64,000 nt of DNA from Selaginella moellendorffii (taxonomy: Eukaryota; Plantae; Lycopodiophyta), in NCBI RefSeq assembly GCF_000143415.4, contig NW_003314336.1, forward strand, positions 237,296 through 301,295. The letters are read 5' to 3'. Below, piece by piece: positions 12,698 through 25,425 of the stretch. The number at the start of each line of letters is the position of its first letter. Position 1 is the first letter of the stretch. The position numbers and the translations under genes were made by a program. Below the pieces are notes generated by a model. The model did not search any database and was not told the DNA's origin. It saw only the letters and a program-made list of their open reading frames with translations.

Positions 12698-13499
12698 CAT
12701 GTGGCAAATGCTGCGTGAAGAAAGATGCCCTTTCTGGGCAAATGCTGTAAGAGGCAGATGCCGAGCAGATGTATCTCAGGCTAGCGAAGGGGACAAACGA
12801 AAACTAGCTATAAACATGATGGGATGCAAATAGATTACTAGGCTGGTCTTGCAAAAATCAAAAACCATAATTGAAAACATTGAAAATGCAAAAAGAAAGG
12901 TTTATAATATTTTTAAATTTTAAGCAATCAAAGGAATGTAAGTAGGGCATGTGTTTGTAAGTTTAAAAATGCCTCAACCACTTAAATTCCCAAGTAAATA
13001 AAGCTGTTTCTATTTTTGGTACAGATAAACTTTATAGTGTGTGGGCTCATGCAATTTTGAACCCAATTTTGAAAATGCACCAAAAAATGCTCGAGTAGCA
13101 TTATTCTTTGAATGACGTGTGGCCTTATATTGCCATAAATGGACGTACACACACAGCATAATTATTCCTTTACACGGCGAATAATCTTGGCGCGGATCGC
13201 TGATATGGCATGGCAAAGTTCGAATCACTCACATGGCACAACTGGATCGAGGCAAGGATATGATGTGACAAAGTTCAACCTCCGACAGCAAAGTCTAGAA
13301 GCTACTCAGTTTGAAATTTGTCAGAGGAATCATAAGATCTGGTTTGTCAGAGGATTTGATGTGACGTTCAAGCGTGTGTTATTTTTGAATTCTCGAACTC
13401 ATTCCTAGGTCTATCATTTTTGTGCACCGTGTTCTTGGTTCCGCTGAGCGCAGTGAGCGCTGCTTGTGTAAGCGGTGTTGTGAGCTGTGGTTTATGCGT

Positions 13500-13635
13500 C
13501 TACGAGCGGTTGCGGCATTGTGAGCGCCATTGCGAGCGGCAGTTTATGCGAGTGGCAGTTTGTGCGAGCGGCACTACGAGCAGTTGCGGTGTTGCGAGCG
13601 GCGCTACGAGTAGTTGCGGTGTTGCGAGCGGCACT
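13500..13635. repeat. CG-rich ~30-bp tandem repeats upstream of the transposase
   Basis: GCGAGCGGCGCTACGAGYAGTTGCGGTGTT-like units; also ~33487-33620 and ~60903-61035. Confidence 0.75.
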
Positions 13636-13998
13636 GTCTTTGGTGTGGCTACCGCTTCCTCTTGATATTCGGCACTTGTGCTTCCTGGTATGTTCACCAT
13701 GGAATGGCTTAGGACCACATTTAGAAATGGCATGAGGCCACATGCCATCTTAGGCCCTTGCAATTTCATGGCTAGCGTATTGTCATGTATGTTTTTACTT
13801 GCCTGCAACTGTGTGTATATCAAGATAGCATGAGGCCTCATGCCAATTTTGTGAATGCGAAATTTCACGTGGGTGTCAATAGCATGTTTGAATAATGGCA
13901 TGTGGCCTCATGCTATTGAGGTTGTTTGGTATGTTATGATTTAGGCCATTCTCCAATCATTTTTTGTATGGTCTTAACTTCTTTTCTGCACTTTCAGA

Positions 13999-16900
13999 AT
14001 GGCCTTCAGGGTTGGGGAAAAGGTTTACATTTTGAATGGTGGGAAGAGAGTTGCAAAAGGGACCCTTGTGTCTATGGATCGGAACTTTGTTATACACTGT
14101 CAAAGGCTTGGGGAAGGCAATGCTGCTGTATCAATAGAGACTGTCTTCGATGGGAATGTGGTCGTTATTGAACGAGGAGAGATGGTCGTCGGGGTAAATG
14201 TTGTTGTTGCCTTGAAAAATCTTCAGAAGAAAGCAGATGTTGGGGACAGCGCAAGTGCGACGCATGTTCCCTCCGTGGATCTTAAGAACCGTGCTACATG
14301 GATTCAGGCAAAGGTGTTTCTAAACAACCCCGAAGGGGAGGTGGTAGCTGAGGGCTTAGCCACAGTTGTCGATCCAAGAGATGCGGTTGCTAATCAAGAA
14401 TTGGGCTGGGATGATATTGGAGTTGCGATTTTAGAGGTTGTTGACACAGAAGAAAATAGTCTGACTATTGGAAGCATTGTGCGGTGGAAATTGAGGCACT
14501 TAGTGTTTGAGAATGTGAAGGATTCACAATCAAACACCACTACAATTGATGACAAAACATCTCTTCATGGGAAAAGAAAGTACACCTTCCTAAAGCGTAG
14601 CCAAAGGGATCTGAGCAACGAACCGAAAAGGCAGAAAATGGCGATGGAGGTTCGAATGGTCTCGACAGTTGCTTGTTGCAAGAGGAGGTGCTGTCAACAT
14701 GCTGATTGGGATGCTATTGAAGAGGAGAAAGCAAGATACAAGACATTGTCCTGGAAGGCAGCTCGCAATTTTGTGTATGAGGCATTACGGTCATCTGTTG
14801 ATGCTTCAGAACATCAGGTGGGGGGCATGGTCTTCCAGAGGGGTTTGGTCTGCATGAAGGCATGGAGAATCATTTATGGAGACCCTCGAACCACATTCTA
14901 CAGAATCAAAACTGAGTTCGAGGAACAAAGGGTTCAATAGGCAGTCCATGGGAACGACGGTACGCACAAAACCAGGGGTCATGTTGTATATGGAGAGGCA
15001 ATCTTCAAGAGGTTTGTCGAGACATGTAGCGAGCAGCAACCACATAAAACCCGCCTCTTGGAAGATGGAACACGAGACACCCAACGAGTTCTCCCTTCCA
15101 TGTATACCAAGGGGGCCATATTGGAAGATGTGAATCGGGAACTCCAGAGTAATGGCTACAGGAAGCTGAGCCAATCTAGATTTAGTAGATTGTGGAGCAA
15201 CAGGTTCAAGGATGTGAGTATAGGAAAGTACTCCAGCTTTTCAAAGTGTGACGAGTGCACTGCTATCAAAATGGCTTTGTCGAAGAATTCTTGCAGCGCT
15301 CAAGAGCGAGAGACGTTGGTTAGAAGGCGGCTCGACCACAACATCGAGCAGAGAAGCTGCAGGACTGCATATTATCATAACAGGATTCTCTCCATGGAGA
15401 GACCTGACTCTTACCTCTACATCATCCACGACAAAATGGACCAGAAAAAGACGTGCTTACCTTGACTCAATCCTGCCCCCAAGGCAATCTCTTCATCCAT
15501 GCAGCTGCCTGTGTCTCTGTTTGGCATAATCGCTCATGGGCATGGTGCCCAGAACTATGGGAACTTCTTTGTACCTCTATGTGCAAACATGATGATTGCG
15601 TCCCTAGCAAAACACTTAAGGTCTCTGCAAAGTGCGCAGACTGAGCTGAACGGCCAACCCTTGCATAAGGCCCTTGTCGATCGAACCCCATACAGGGTTC
15701 AGCTAGAGGAGGAGCAAAGGCTTGCAGTATCGCGTAGGGCCCCATGCCATCCCAGTGAATATGTTGGCCGTCAGATTGTAGGGTTATCACGTGAGGCCTC
15801 ATGCCATTCCGACGAGGCTGGTCGCCCGGTGAATGCACAGCCTCATCCAAACGAAGCAGAATCTCAAGGAAGTTCTTGCGGCCGATGTGGCCTTCCACCC
15901 TATCTTCTGCTCCAAACAGACAATGCTGGCAGTGAGAACAAAAACATGTACGTCTTCGCGTACTTGGCGATGCTTGTTGCCAAAGGCATATTTGAAACGG
16001 TTACACTTGGCTTTCTCATGGTTGGGCACACTCATGAAGACGTCGATGCCATGTTCAGTCACCTGGCAGAGTCCCTCCGGCGATCCAATGTCCTCACCCT
16101 CCCACAACTCTACGATGAATTCCAAAATTGCATCAAAGGCACTGTTGAAGCTGCACTTCTGACAGAGGTTCCAGACTTTAAGGGGTTTGTAAGAGGCTAC
16201 ATCAAGGACGGATCTGAAACGCTGATTGGCCACTCCAAGCCTCTTCAATTTCATTTCAGCATGCGTGACAGTGCTCCAATGATGAGGTACAAGATGAGAG
16301 AATGGGACACAATGTGGCTGCCAGTGGACGGCATTGAACTCTTCAAGAGAGATCCCATAACTGGGGAACCTATGATTCCTCAGGGTTCCCCACGGCCGAT
16401 GCACCCGGATGGACTCAAAGACCAGGAAAGTATAGTGGCCGGGATTAGACAGCATATTGCCTTCTGAAAGAGGGGGTTGGTGTTTAGTGGAGAATCCTAT
16501 TTTCAGAGGTGCAAGCCTTTGCTTGAATACTGGGAGAAGATTATATCTGCTATCCAAAATGGGCCGGTTGTATATGAAGAATTGGAAGAGTCCTTTTGGC
16601 CAGAACCCAGAGCACCAGATAGTAGCGGAACAATGTCCTCTGGAAATGCAGTGACAGATAACGATGTTGAGGATCACTATTGTGGGCCGAGGAACAAGAA
16701 GCCGGATTCAGCATTCAATCCAGTACAGGTCTACAAAGGAATGGTCGTGCTTGTCAGACCCAGTAATAAAAAACAAATGATATGGGTGGGGCACTGCATC
16801 ACTGATGCAGAGGAGGACGCGGAAACTAACTCCTTCAATGTAACTATGGAGTGGTTCAAGCCAAGTTCCGGATATACGAAGGATTGCCTAGAAAAGAGAT

Positions 16901-17128
16901 GGGTGCTGAATCCAAGGGATCTCAGCATGAGCATATCGGTGGATAATGTTGTGCATGGTTTGATGCGGAAGCAGAGTGCCACCATCACCTTGCCAGACCA
17001 TGCAAGAGATGCAGCAAGAGCATTCATAACCCGGGTTCAAGGTGAGATTCATTAATATTCCTTTACTAAGTTTCTAATGTATTTTATTTCAAGGTGAACA
17101 ATCCGAATCTGAATCAGAGGAGGCGTGA
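13999..17128 (+). pseudogene. Sola-like DDD transposase, copy 1 (three premature stops)
   Basis: ORFs 13999-14940, 15058-15465, 15499-16467 and 16477-17055 share one frame. Motifs IIHDKMDQKK, LQTDNAGSENKN, GFLMVGHTHEDVDAMFS. Probable last intron 17042-17093 adds GEQSESESEEA*. Confidence 0.85.
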
Positions 17129-17768
17129 TGGCATGTGGCCTTACGCCATTCCTAGGTGAGATGATACAAATAACAAGTATAAATTCTTAGTTGTTCTAGC
17201 AAATCTTACTTAAAGTTCAAGGTGAACAAGCCGAATATGAATTCATCGGATTGTTATAACAAATTGCGAGGTGATGGCATGAGGCGATACGCCATTTGAG
17301 AGTGGTAGCCATTCCTATATGAGGTGAGTGAAATATTTATTAGAAATACCTCATTCAATTGTGCACTTCTAAGTCTTGGTCCACTCAGTACTGTTTGCAT
17401 GTTTCTATTTTAATTCTTTCTCTAAAATGTTATTTAGCATGTGGCTTCATGCCATTGCTCTCCACAATCATGCATTGAATTTTTCTATCCTTGCATAATA
17501 CTTCTCCATATATATAGCATGTGCGCACATGTGATATGGTTCATTAGGCCTGATATAGTGTGTGAGGTAAAACAAAGATGATATGACATATGCATTTACC
17601 AATCACACGTGCATAAATCTAATAATATGGCGTGTGGCCCATATTAATGGCACATAAACCCATATTGTGGGCTTACGTGCTTTATGTACCATCATTCCCT
17701 TGCAGTGTGTGTGTTGGTTTCCTTTTATAACACAACGAACTCCATATTTTAGGGTGAAGAGCGTTCTC

Positions 17769-18026
17769 ATGGCAAGCACAAAATCTGTAAGTGAGGCAGA
17801 AAAGGAGACGGAGAAGGAGATAGGTGAAGATGTAGAATATATAAGTCTTCCAAACTCCCCGTACTATACTCCAGGTGATCATTTTTCTAAACAAACGGCA
17901 ACATTAACAACTATCGAGAGCGCCCCCGTAACGTCAGAGACAACAATCCAAAGCAAAACAACTGACTCGGAGAAGGATGATAGTACCGCTGAGAGTACCA
18001 AAAAGGAGGTGTCCACTAGCGCTTAG
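17769..18026 (+). CDS. Short Ser/Thr/Glu-rich ORF or downstream exon, function unknown
   Basis: MASTKSVSEAEKE..., preceded by a TTTTAG acceptor-like site; open in copy 2 (37972-38229). Confidence 0.3.
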   Translation: MASTKSVSEAEKETEKEIGEDVEYISLPNSPYYTPGDHFSKQTATLTTIESAPVTSETTIQSKTTDSEKDDSTAESTKKEVSTSA

Positions 18027-18662
18027 GCTTATAATGGCGTGTGCCCTCATGCCATTTACTTGATCACCAAATACCTTTTTCCCTTTGCACTAGTATATCT
18101 TAATACTAGTCTGAGAAATAGAATGGCATGTGCCCTCAGGCCTTTTACTAAATCACCTTTGAAAGAAATGCAAGCCTCTATGTCGTAAAAAAAAGGTACT
18201 AGAGAAATTCCTTAATAATATGAATGTTATTTAGTTTCATGAAAATACACTAAGGGTCAAATGAGTTAAATGACTTCTCCAGACTAGCAATGCCTCTTGC
18301 TACACCTTCACAATTAGATTTGTTATAAAAAGATAACATTGAATAATATCTAAATGTTCTCACCATTAAGTTATATGTCTGGCTAATAGGAATGACGTTC
18401 ATCTTGGAAAGCTCACCACACGCTCAATGAACAAACAAATAGTGTGTGCGCGCATGCCATCGCTCTTCTTTAGCTTCAGATTCGGCTTGTTCACCTTGAC
18501 AATGAGATTTATTATACAACCAGATGGACTCAGTCTGGACACAAAGTCATTGCGCTAGTCACCATGCCCCAGATATGTCTAGCCCCTGGACAAAAAACAT
18601 ATAATTTCACGTCATTTTCAAATACTTGAAAATTTGTACCTAGTCCCATTTTACTGAATAAA

Positions 18663-18686
18663 TCCCACTTTAACGAAATAGAGCTT
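18663..18686 (-). repeat. Right TIR, copy 1
   Basis: TCCCACTTTAACGAAATAGAGCTT. Confidence 0.95.
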
Positions 18687-19033
18687 AAAGGGCATGATAG
18701 CAAGAGTGTTTGGAAAACATAGTAAACTATCATCTAGTGATATTAAGGGATTAGTCCCAATATATTGGGGTTTTTGTCACTAGCCAGTGTGAGACACAAC
18801 AAAACTAGAACTCTTTATTGGGTTAAGTATATTTAGCTAATAGCATGTAAAAATTCCATCCTTATGTTCATCCAATTTAAGTACACTCGAAATGCTTAGT
18901 TAACTCCACTAGCACAAGAAGGACTGATAAAGGGTATAGCAATATCGACCTCCTACTGTTGTGGCAATAAAGAAAAAATATCCAAAAGGACTCATCGACA
19001 AGTAACTTTTAATACTCAGAGTCATATCCACAA
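18687..19033 (-). mobile_element. Diverged 5' part of a family-B LTR in inverted orientation
   Basis: Reverse complement aligns by eye with 20911-21260 and 24630-24983. Confidence 0.75.
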
Positions 19034-20245
19034 TAGAAACAGATTATCAAGATAGGCAATGACTATACTCCATTGACTAATGCTTTAGAGTTGGTGATTA
19101 AGCCTCTTATAGTCAAGATAGATGCGAGTGACATTGTTGTTAGGGCCATATTGCTTTAAAATGGGCATCCTCTTACATATATGAGCCATAAGTTTGATGC
19201 CACTGTAAGCAACTAAATTTCAATTTTACTTTAGTTATTTAACCACACCACCGACCACTTGAAGGAGTTTCACTCACAACCTCCATTAGTCTTATTCCAG
19301 ATTTGCTAGCCTCGAGAATGGCATTTATGCTACTCAACCTTTGCACTTGGCCCAAATCCTCCATATATCCAATCTCATGATCGACACAGAAAGGTATTAC
19401 CAACATATTAGCCTGTTACACTAAAGCTATGCCCATTCACCTTTGTTACACTAGTAATTCAACACTATCTACATCACAGTCCCATCTCTCCAAGACTAGG
19501 CCATCTGTCCATGAGTGATCATCCCTGATCCAATATGCTTACCTAATAGCATGTAAAAATTCCATCCTTATGCGTGTCCAATCTAAGTACACTCGAAATG
19601 CCCAATTAACTCCACTAGCACAAGAGGGACTGATAAAGGGTATAGCAATACTGACCTCTTGCCATTGTGGCAATAAAGAAAGAATATCCGAAAGGATTCA
19701 TCGACAAATAACTTTTAATACTCAGAGTCATATCCACGATTGAAATAGATTGTCAGGATAGGCAATGACTATACTCCATTGACTAATGCTTTAAAGTTGG
19801 TGATTAAGCCTCTTATAGTCAAGATAGATGCAAATGACATTGTTATTGGGGCCATATTGCTTTAAAATGGGCATCCTCTTGCATACATAAGCCATAAGTT
19901 TGATGCCACTGTAAGCAATTAAATTTCCATTTTACTTTAGTCACTTAACCACACTACCGACTACTTGGAGAAGTTTCACTCACAACCTTCATAAATTTTA
20001 TTTCAGACTTGGGGACTTGTTAGCCTCGAGAATGGCATCTATGCCACTCAACCTTTGCACTTAGCCCAAATTCTCCACGTATCCGATCCCATGATCAACA
20101 CGGAAAGGTACCACCAATATATTAACCTATTACACTAAGGCTATGCCCATTCACCTTTGTCACACCGGTGATCCAACACTATCTACATCATAGTCCCATC
20201 TCTCCAAGACTAAGTCATCTATCCATGAGTGATCATTCCTGATCT
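18837..20245. repeat. 706-bp tandem duplication spanning LTR-B / RNase H / LTR-A junctions
   Basis: CTAATAGCATGTAAAAATTCC at 18837 and 19543; LTR-A terminus TGTAAGCAA at 19204 and 19910. Confidence 0.85.
19100..19195 (+). pseudogene. Ty3/gypsy RNase H remnant (second copy 19806-19901)
   Basis: Translates to KPLIVKIDASDIVVRAILL*NGHPLTYMSHKF, resembling the TDAS...GAVLxQxGHPxAYxSxK segment. Confidence 0.7.
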
Positions 20246-20832
20246 ACTCCATAACATCCTTAAGATGCTCATAGACATGGGGAATTACCTTCTCTAATAT
20301 CCCTTTTTTCAGTCCCCATCAAATCCCTTTCCGTCTATAGCTGTATTCCCCAACATTGCCATTAAGTCAGGGCTCGAAGGCCCAACCACTATGTCCCATT
20401 GACCTCTAAGAGTTTCTTTCTACATGACTGTATCCTTGGTCACCACATAAGAGGACTACTCTTCTTTCCCATAGTTTGGGACTCTTGGATAACATTTCGA
20501 AACATTGCAGCCCTATATGAGCTTTGTGGGTACTCTCCCCACTTTTTACATTTGGGTGCCCTAACCATATAGCTAGAGTGAGGTTTCGATGAGCCATGCC
20601 AAGTGTCCAAGTAGGTAGTGCCACCCACACTTGGATTGGAAGCATCGACCATCCGATCCCCCAAAGGAGCTAGAGCCGGCTCTTGAACACTTCACTAAGC
20701 TATTCTGCTTGTCTGTCTGTATTCATTCTAGCTTTGGACTCCTCAGTCCAATGCTATATCATCCATCATCCAACACATAGGTATAGCCTTCCTATGTCAC
20801 ACTGGCTTTTCTTGGCTAAATTGGTTCCACTA
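19910..20832 (-). mobile_element. Truncated family-A LTR
   Basis: Collinear with 49207-50125. Confidence 0.75.
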
Positions 20833-20910
20833 CCCTGACACTCTCTCTACTATAATTTTAGAACCCTCTATAATGAAATTGTTACAATGTTTACAAGCCC
20901 CATTAGAAAG

Positions 20911-21830
20911 TGTCGCGAATGTGACTTCGGGTATCGAAAGATACTTGTTGACCAGTCCTTACGGACACTCTTTCCTTACTGCCATGACGGCAGGAGATCG
21001 GTACAGTTGGATCCCTTTAGTAGCCGCTCTTGTGCTAGTGGAGTTAACTGGGCATTTCGAGTGTACTTAGACCGGACGAGCATAAGGACGGAATTCCTAC
21101 GTGCTATTAGCTAAGCATACTTAGCCTGGTAAGGAGTTCCCGTCTCGTTTTGTCTTGCACTTGCTAATGACAAGAACCCTCGCGTATTGAGATTAGTCCC
21201 TCAATATCGTTGGATGATAGCTTACCGTGTCTGCCGAACACCCTTGCTATCATGCCCTTAGCATTAGTCTCAATTCGGTCCCAAATGCTATTTATGGAAA
21301 GTGTCCAGATTTGCTCATTTGGCATAACTACGGAATGTAGAGATCCTGAACACGATGGTGTTCATCCCGTGTCCAAATTCGCAATTTAAGGACATTCCAT
21401 ATTTAGTAAGTTTCGAGCTTGTCCCACAGACTAACTCTTGGTACTAAGGGAGGCTTGGGGTGAAAGCCCAAAGCGTGTGTCCCTCAAGGGGGGGGGGGGG
21501 GCTGTGGGGGGTTCCAAATGTATAGTAGAGATAGTGGTTGGAATGCATGTCCGACCACCTGAGACATTAGTTTGGCTCCTGCTAGGCTGTGTCGCTCCTT
21601 GTTCTACATTCGGCTTGGGTCCAAGCCCAAGCTCCACGCTGCTCTAGTCGGTGGAGTACCCTCCTTCTCGCGTTAGGCCACTAGTATGCCAAAATTGTGC
21701 CAGACTCCGTCTGACACCATTTTGCATGGAGGTGCCGGATACGGGGAGCTGGTGCTCGTGGGATTGTACCGAACCTTTGTTTCGTAACGCAACGGGCTTG
21801 GAGTTCGGCTCCAAATTCAGGTGCGCTACA
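20911..21830 (+). mobile_element. 5' LTR (family B, 920 bp) of a Ty3/gypsy element
   Basis: TG...CA termini; followed by a PBS and gag-pol. Confidence 0.8.
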
Positions 21831-21832
21831 TT

Positions 21833-21843
21833 TGGTATAAGAG
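21833..21843 (+). promoter_or_regulatory. Primer-binding site, tRNA-iMet type
   Basis: TGGTATAAGAG versus canonical TGGTATCAGAG, 2 nt after the LTR end. Confidence 0.7.
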
Positions 21844-22021
21844 GATTTGTCTCAGCGATTCCTATCAACCTTTTGTCGGATTTTCTAACTCAAGTTGCAT
21901 ACACAGAGACTTTTCTAGTAGATCCGAAGCGACCTGTGTAGGATTAATTGGATTGCACCATTCGGTAAGAACGTTGTATGCATGTTCAGTTACTGATAGA
22001 GGCATGCATACAGCTAGCGGG

Positions 22022-24315
22022 ATGGTGAAACGGAACCATACTAATGACGCTGAAACCTCTAGATGGGCGAATCGAGAGGAGGAAACTCTTGCTAGAGATG
22101 CTGCGGAAGAGGTTGAGGCTAAGTCAGAAGAGGAAGAGCCGAGGCTGAGTCAGAAGAGGAAGAGCCGGATGCTACGGCACTGTAGTGTACGGCTCAGGAA
22201 GTTGAGATTGAGAATTTGCGAAAGGAGATTCGCAAATTGAAGAAGGAGAACAAGAAGAGGAAGAAAGAGGCTGAGGTAGCTAAACCAGTTAAGCCTAAGC
22301 AACCAGACTCCTCTTCGAGTTCTGAGGATGATGAAGTTCTGCAGCCGCCCCCAGTTGCACGAGTTTCAAAGTTCAAGCCCCCGAAACCACCCAACTTCAG
22401 AGGCATACGGGACTATCAGGTTTTGGAAGACTGGGTCTACGATATGGAAAACTATTTCATAGTAGCAGACGTAGATGATCTTACAAAAGTTGCATATGCA
22501 CAATCCTTTCTCACCGATCATGCCAAAACTTGGTGGCGCTAGGTGTGTGCTGAAAAAGGGTAGACTAGAAGTTGGACCAAGATGCGGTCTCGTATCCGTA
22601 AGGAATACTTGCCGGATGATCTTGGTCTGAGATTTTGCGCGGAGCTGCGGCGATTAAAGCAGCGAGGGGATCTCATGCATTATGTTAATGTGTTTGCTCA
22701 GAAGCGCATTATGATTGCAAATATGAGTGACGAAGATGCTCGGAGTTACTTTCTAGAGGGTTTAAGTTCACTTTCTCGTAATGAGATTTTGAAGTTTAAG
22801 CCAAAGACATACCTGGAGTGTAAGGAGGCGGCGCAGCAAATTGCCTTTAGTCACTCGCTCATGGAACAATATCAGCAACCGTATGTTGGTAACTTGGATA
22901 AGAATAAAAATTTTGGGAATAAACAAGGTGATCGGAAATAGAGGGTGGAAAGTAGATTCCGCCCTGGAGGCTCACAAGCAACAGTTAACAAAGGTGGTGG
23001 TGGTTGGAGACCACCAACAGCTTCTTCTGGTCCTAGGCCCTCTGTTCCTCCTCCTGGTGGGTACAAGCAGTAGCAGCCTGCAAAACCTGCTCCTAGCGGA
23101 ATGGGTAGTGTGGCTCATTGCTTCCATTGTGGAGAGTTGGGACATAGGTCCTCGGAATGTCCCAACAAGCATAAGACAAGATCTCGAGTTAATGTCATGA
23201 GGGAAGACGGTGGTGGTGAAGCCGAAGGGGTTGACGAGTTGGTCAATGCAGACTATGAGGAAGAAGAGGTGAGTAACTTTCGTTGCTTTCCTGAAGCTTT
23301 TCTTGCAGTCAATGCAAATACTGATCCGTTGATGTATCTGGTAGGCTTTGTCCGTGCACACCGAATCCGAGTGATGATTGACACAGGAGCTACGCACAGC
23401 GTGATATCCGAAGACTTAGTTAAGTTGTTAGGATTGAATGCTGAGCAAATGTCGCCTATGCACTTCCGGTTTGCGGAAGGTGGGCAAGTAGCCAGAAAGT
23501 TTGTGAGTGATGTTCCAATAAAGATATCTAAGTGGAAAGAAAGAGTGGACTTGGTAGTGTTGAAGATACCAGATTTTCAGATGGTGTTTAGTATGGATTT
23601 CTTCAACAAGTATATAAAAGGGATTTATGGTGCTAGACAAAGTCGTATCACATTGAAGTCCGAGGAGCGACCCGATGTGTCCTTCCAATTGCAAAAACGT
23701 TCCTCAAAGGATTGGGATGGAAAGTTCCTGACTGCGAGGGCCGCTCAAAAAGCAGCTAAGAGGGGATGTCGGACCTTTTGGGTTCAGGTGATGGAAGCTG
23801 AGGGTATTGGTGACTCAGTTCGAATCGGTGACGGGGTTGATCCTGTATCAAAGAAGATATTGGAGTTGCTGGTGCGGAATCAAGATATCTTCCCAAAGGA
23901 TTTGCTGCCAGGGCTACCTTCTAGCTGTGAGGTTGACCACCGGATTGAGGTTATTCTGGGTTCTAAACCACCTACAAAAGCTCCATATCGGTTGAACATC
24001 AAGGAGATGGCTGAACTTAAGAAGCAACTCACGAAGCTTCTTGACAAAGGTCATATCCAACCAAGCAAGTCACCTTATGGAGTGCCGGTCCTTTTTGTTA
24101 TGAAAAAGGATGGAACCATGAGGATGTGTATTGACTATCGGGCACTCAACAAGATCACGGTTAAAAACAGTTATCCTTTGCCTCACATTGATGACTTGTT
24201 TGACCAACTCTTAAAGGCTAAGTATTTTACGCGACTTGATTTGCGGTCCGGGTATCATCAGATACGGGTGGCGGATCAGAATGTGAAGAAGACAGCCTTT
24301 AAAACTCGGTACGGA
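22022..24315 (+). pseudogene. Ty3/gypsy gag-protease-RT pseudogene, truncated within RT
   Basis: Gag LEDWVYDMENYF...AKTWW; zinc knuckle [14 protein letters not shown]; protease MIDTGATHS; [12 protein letters not shown]...LDLRSGYHQ...KTAFKTRYG. Stops at 22540, 22561, 22939, 23071; no YxDD. Confidence 0.92.
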
Positions 24316-24629
24316 TTTAGTCCCTTGGGCTTTATTTATTGCCCTTGCAACACTAAACACCACCTCCTGGTGTTCTAAAGTGTTTGGGTGTCCCAATGAT
24401 TGCCTCCTTGACAATGAGCATTTCCTTTTACGACAGACTTACTATATCGCAACATAAGTAATTTATCCCCCGTAAGGGTATATCTAACTTCCTTACGCCA
24501 TTAAGAAGTCTTGGGTAGTTACCTTCTACCTATTTAACCAATTATCTTGCACCTCTTGTTTAGTTGCCTCATAGTTGTTAAGTCCTACAACTCATTGCTA
24601 GTGCTTCCACACCACCATCATTATCTGGG
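24316..24629 (-). mobile_element. Family-A internal-region fragment
   Basis: Collinear with ~47720-48033. Confidence 0.7.
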
Positions 24630-25425
24630 TGTCATGAATGTGATTTCAGGTATCGAAAGTTACCTGTTGGCTAGTCTTTACAGACACTTTTACCTTACTG
24701 CCATGATGGCAGGAGGTCAGTATTGTTGGTTCCCTTTATTGGCCTGGCCCCCTTGTTCAAGAGTTAGTGAACTAAACTTTGCATCTGTACTTGGCCAGAT
24801 GAGCATAAGGACGGAATTCCTAAATGTTTATTTAGCCAAACATATTTGGCTTGGCTTTTTAGTTCTCTTTTGCTTTGTCTTGCACTGGCTTAACAAGAAC
24901 CCTTGCGTATTGAGATTAGTCCCTCAATATCGTTGGATGATAGCTTACCTTGTCTGCCAAACACCCTCGTTATCATGCCCTTAAAGCTCTATTTCGTTAA
25001 AGTGGGAATTGTCATTATCCCACTTGTAAAATAAGGTTTCCAAACCTTTATATAGTATATAAATATAACAAAATTCAACTGCATTGTGGCACATGCCATT
25101 TTATTTTAAACAAGGAAATGTCTACTCAATCACTTCTCCTCCCCCTGCCACTGCTTCACCTCTCTCTTCTCCTTGTCATCGTCGTCCAATTTCTTTCCAT
25201 CCTTTTAATATTGGCTCAGTTGCTCCGAGTCTAGGTGGAGCCCAAGTCCCCATTCAATCTTTACTTTCCCCTTATTAATAAAACAACTTCGTAGACTTCC
25301 AATAACATGCTGTAACACTTCTAGTATAATGCAAATCCTCTCAAAGAATTGTCTTTTAATATTAATACAATGGCATGGAACCCCATGCCATAATAAGTTA
25401 CATTTTTAAATAAATACATGCCATC

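Larger units (their letters stand above)
3976..18686 (+). mobile_element. Giant Sola-like DNA transposon, copy 1 (14.7 kb)
   Basis: Perfect 24-bp TIRs AAGCTCTATTTCGTTAAAGTGGGA; collinear with copies 2 and 3; DDD-type transposase. Flanks ACAT / AAAG do not form a TSD. Confidence 0.9.

Noticed and set aside
15799-16677. 292-aa antisense ORF (also 36004-36882)
   Set aside because: Shadow of the transposase frame; no motifs; conservation explained by copy identity.
4362-18460. Palindromes as a CRISPR array or bacterial REP/attC sites
   Set aside because: Irregular spacing, no cas genes or integrase, eukaryotic intron context.
3976-18686. CACTA, Mutator, hAT or Helitron classification
   Set aside because: Termini are AAGCTC, TIRs are 24 bp, TSD is 4 bp, and there is no Rep/helicase; the motifs fit a Sola-like DDD transposase better (subgroup unresolved).
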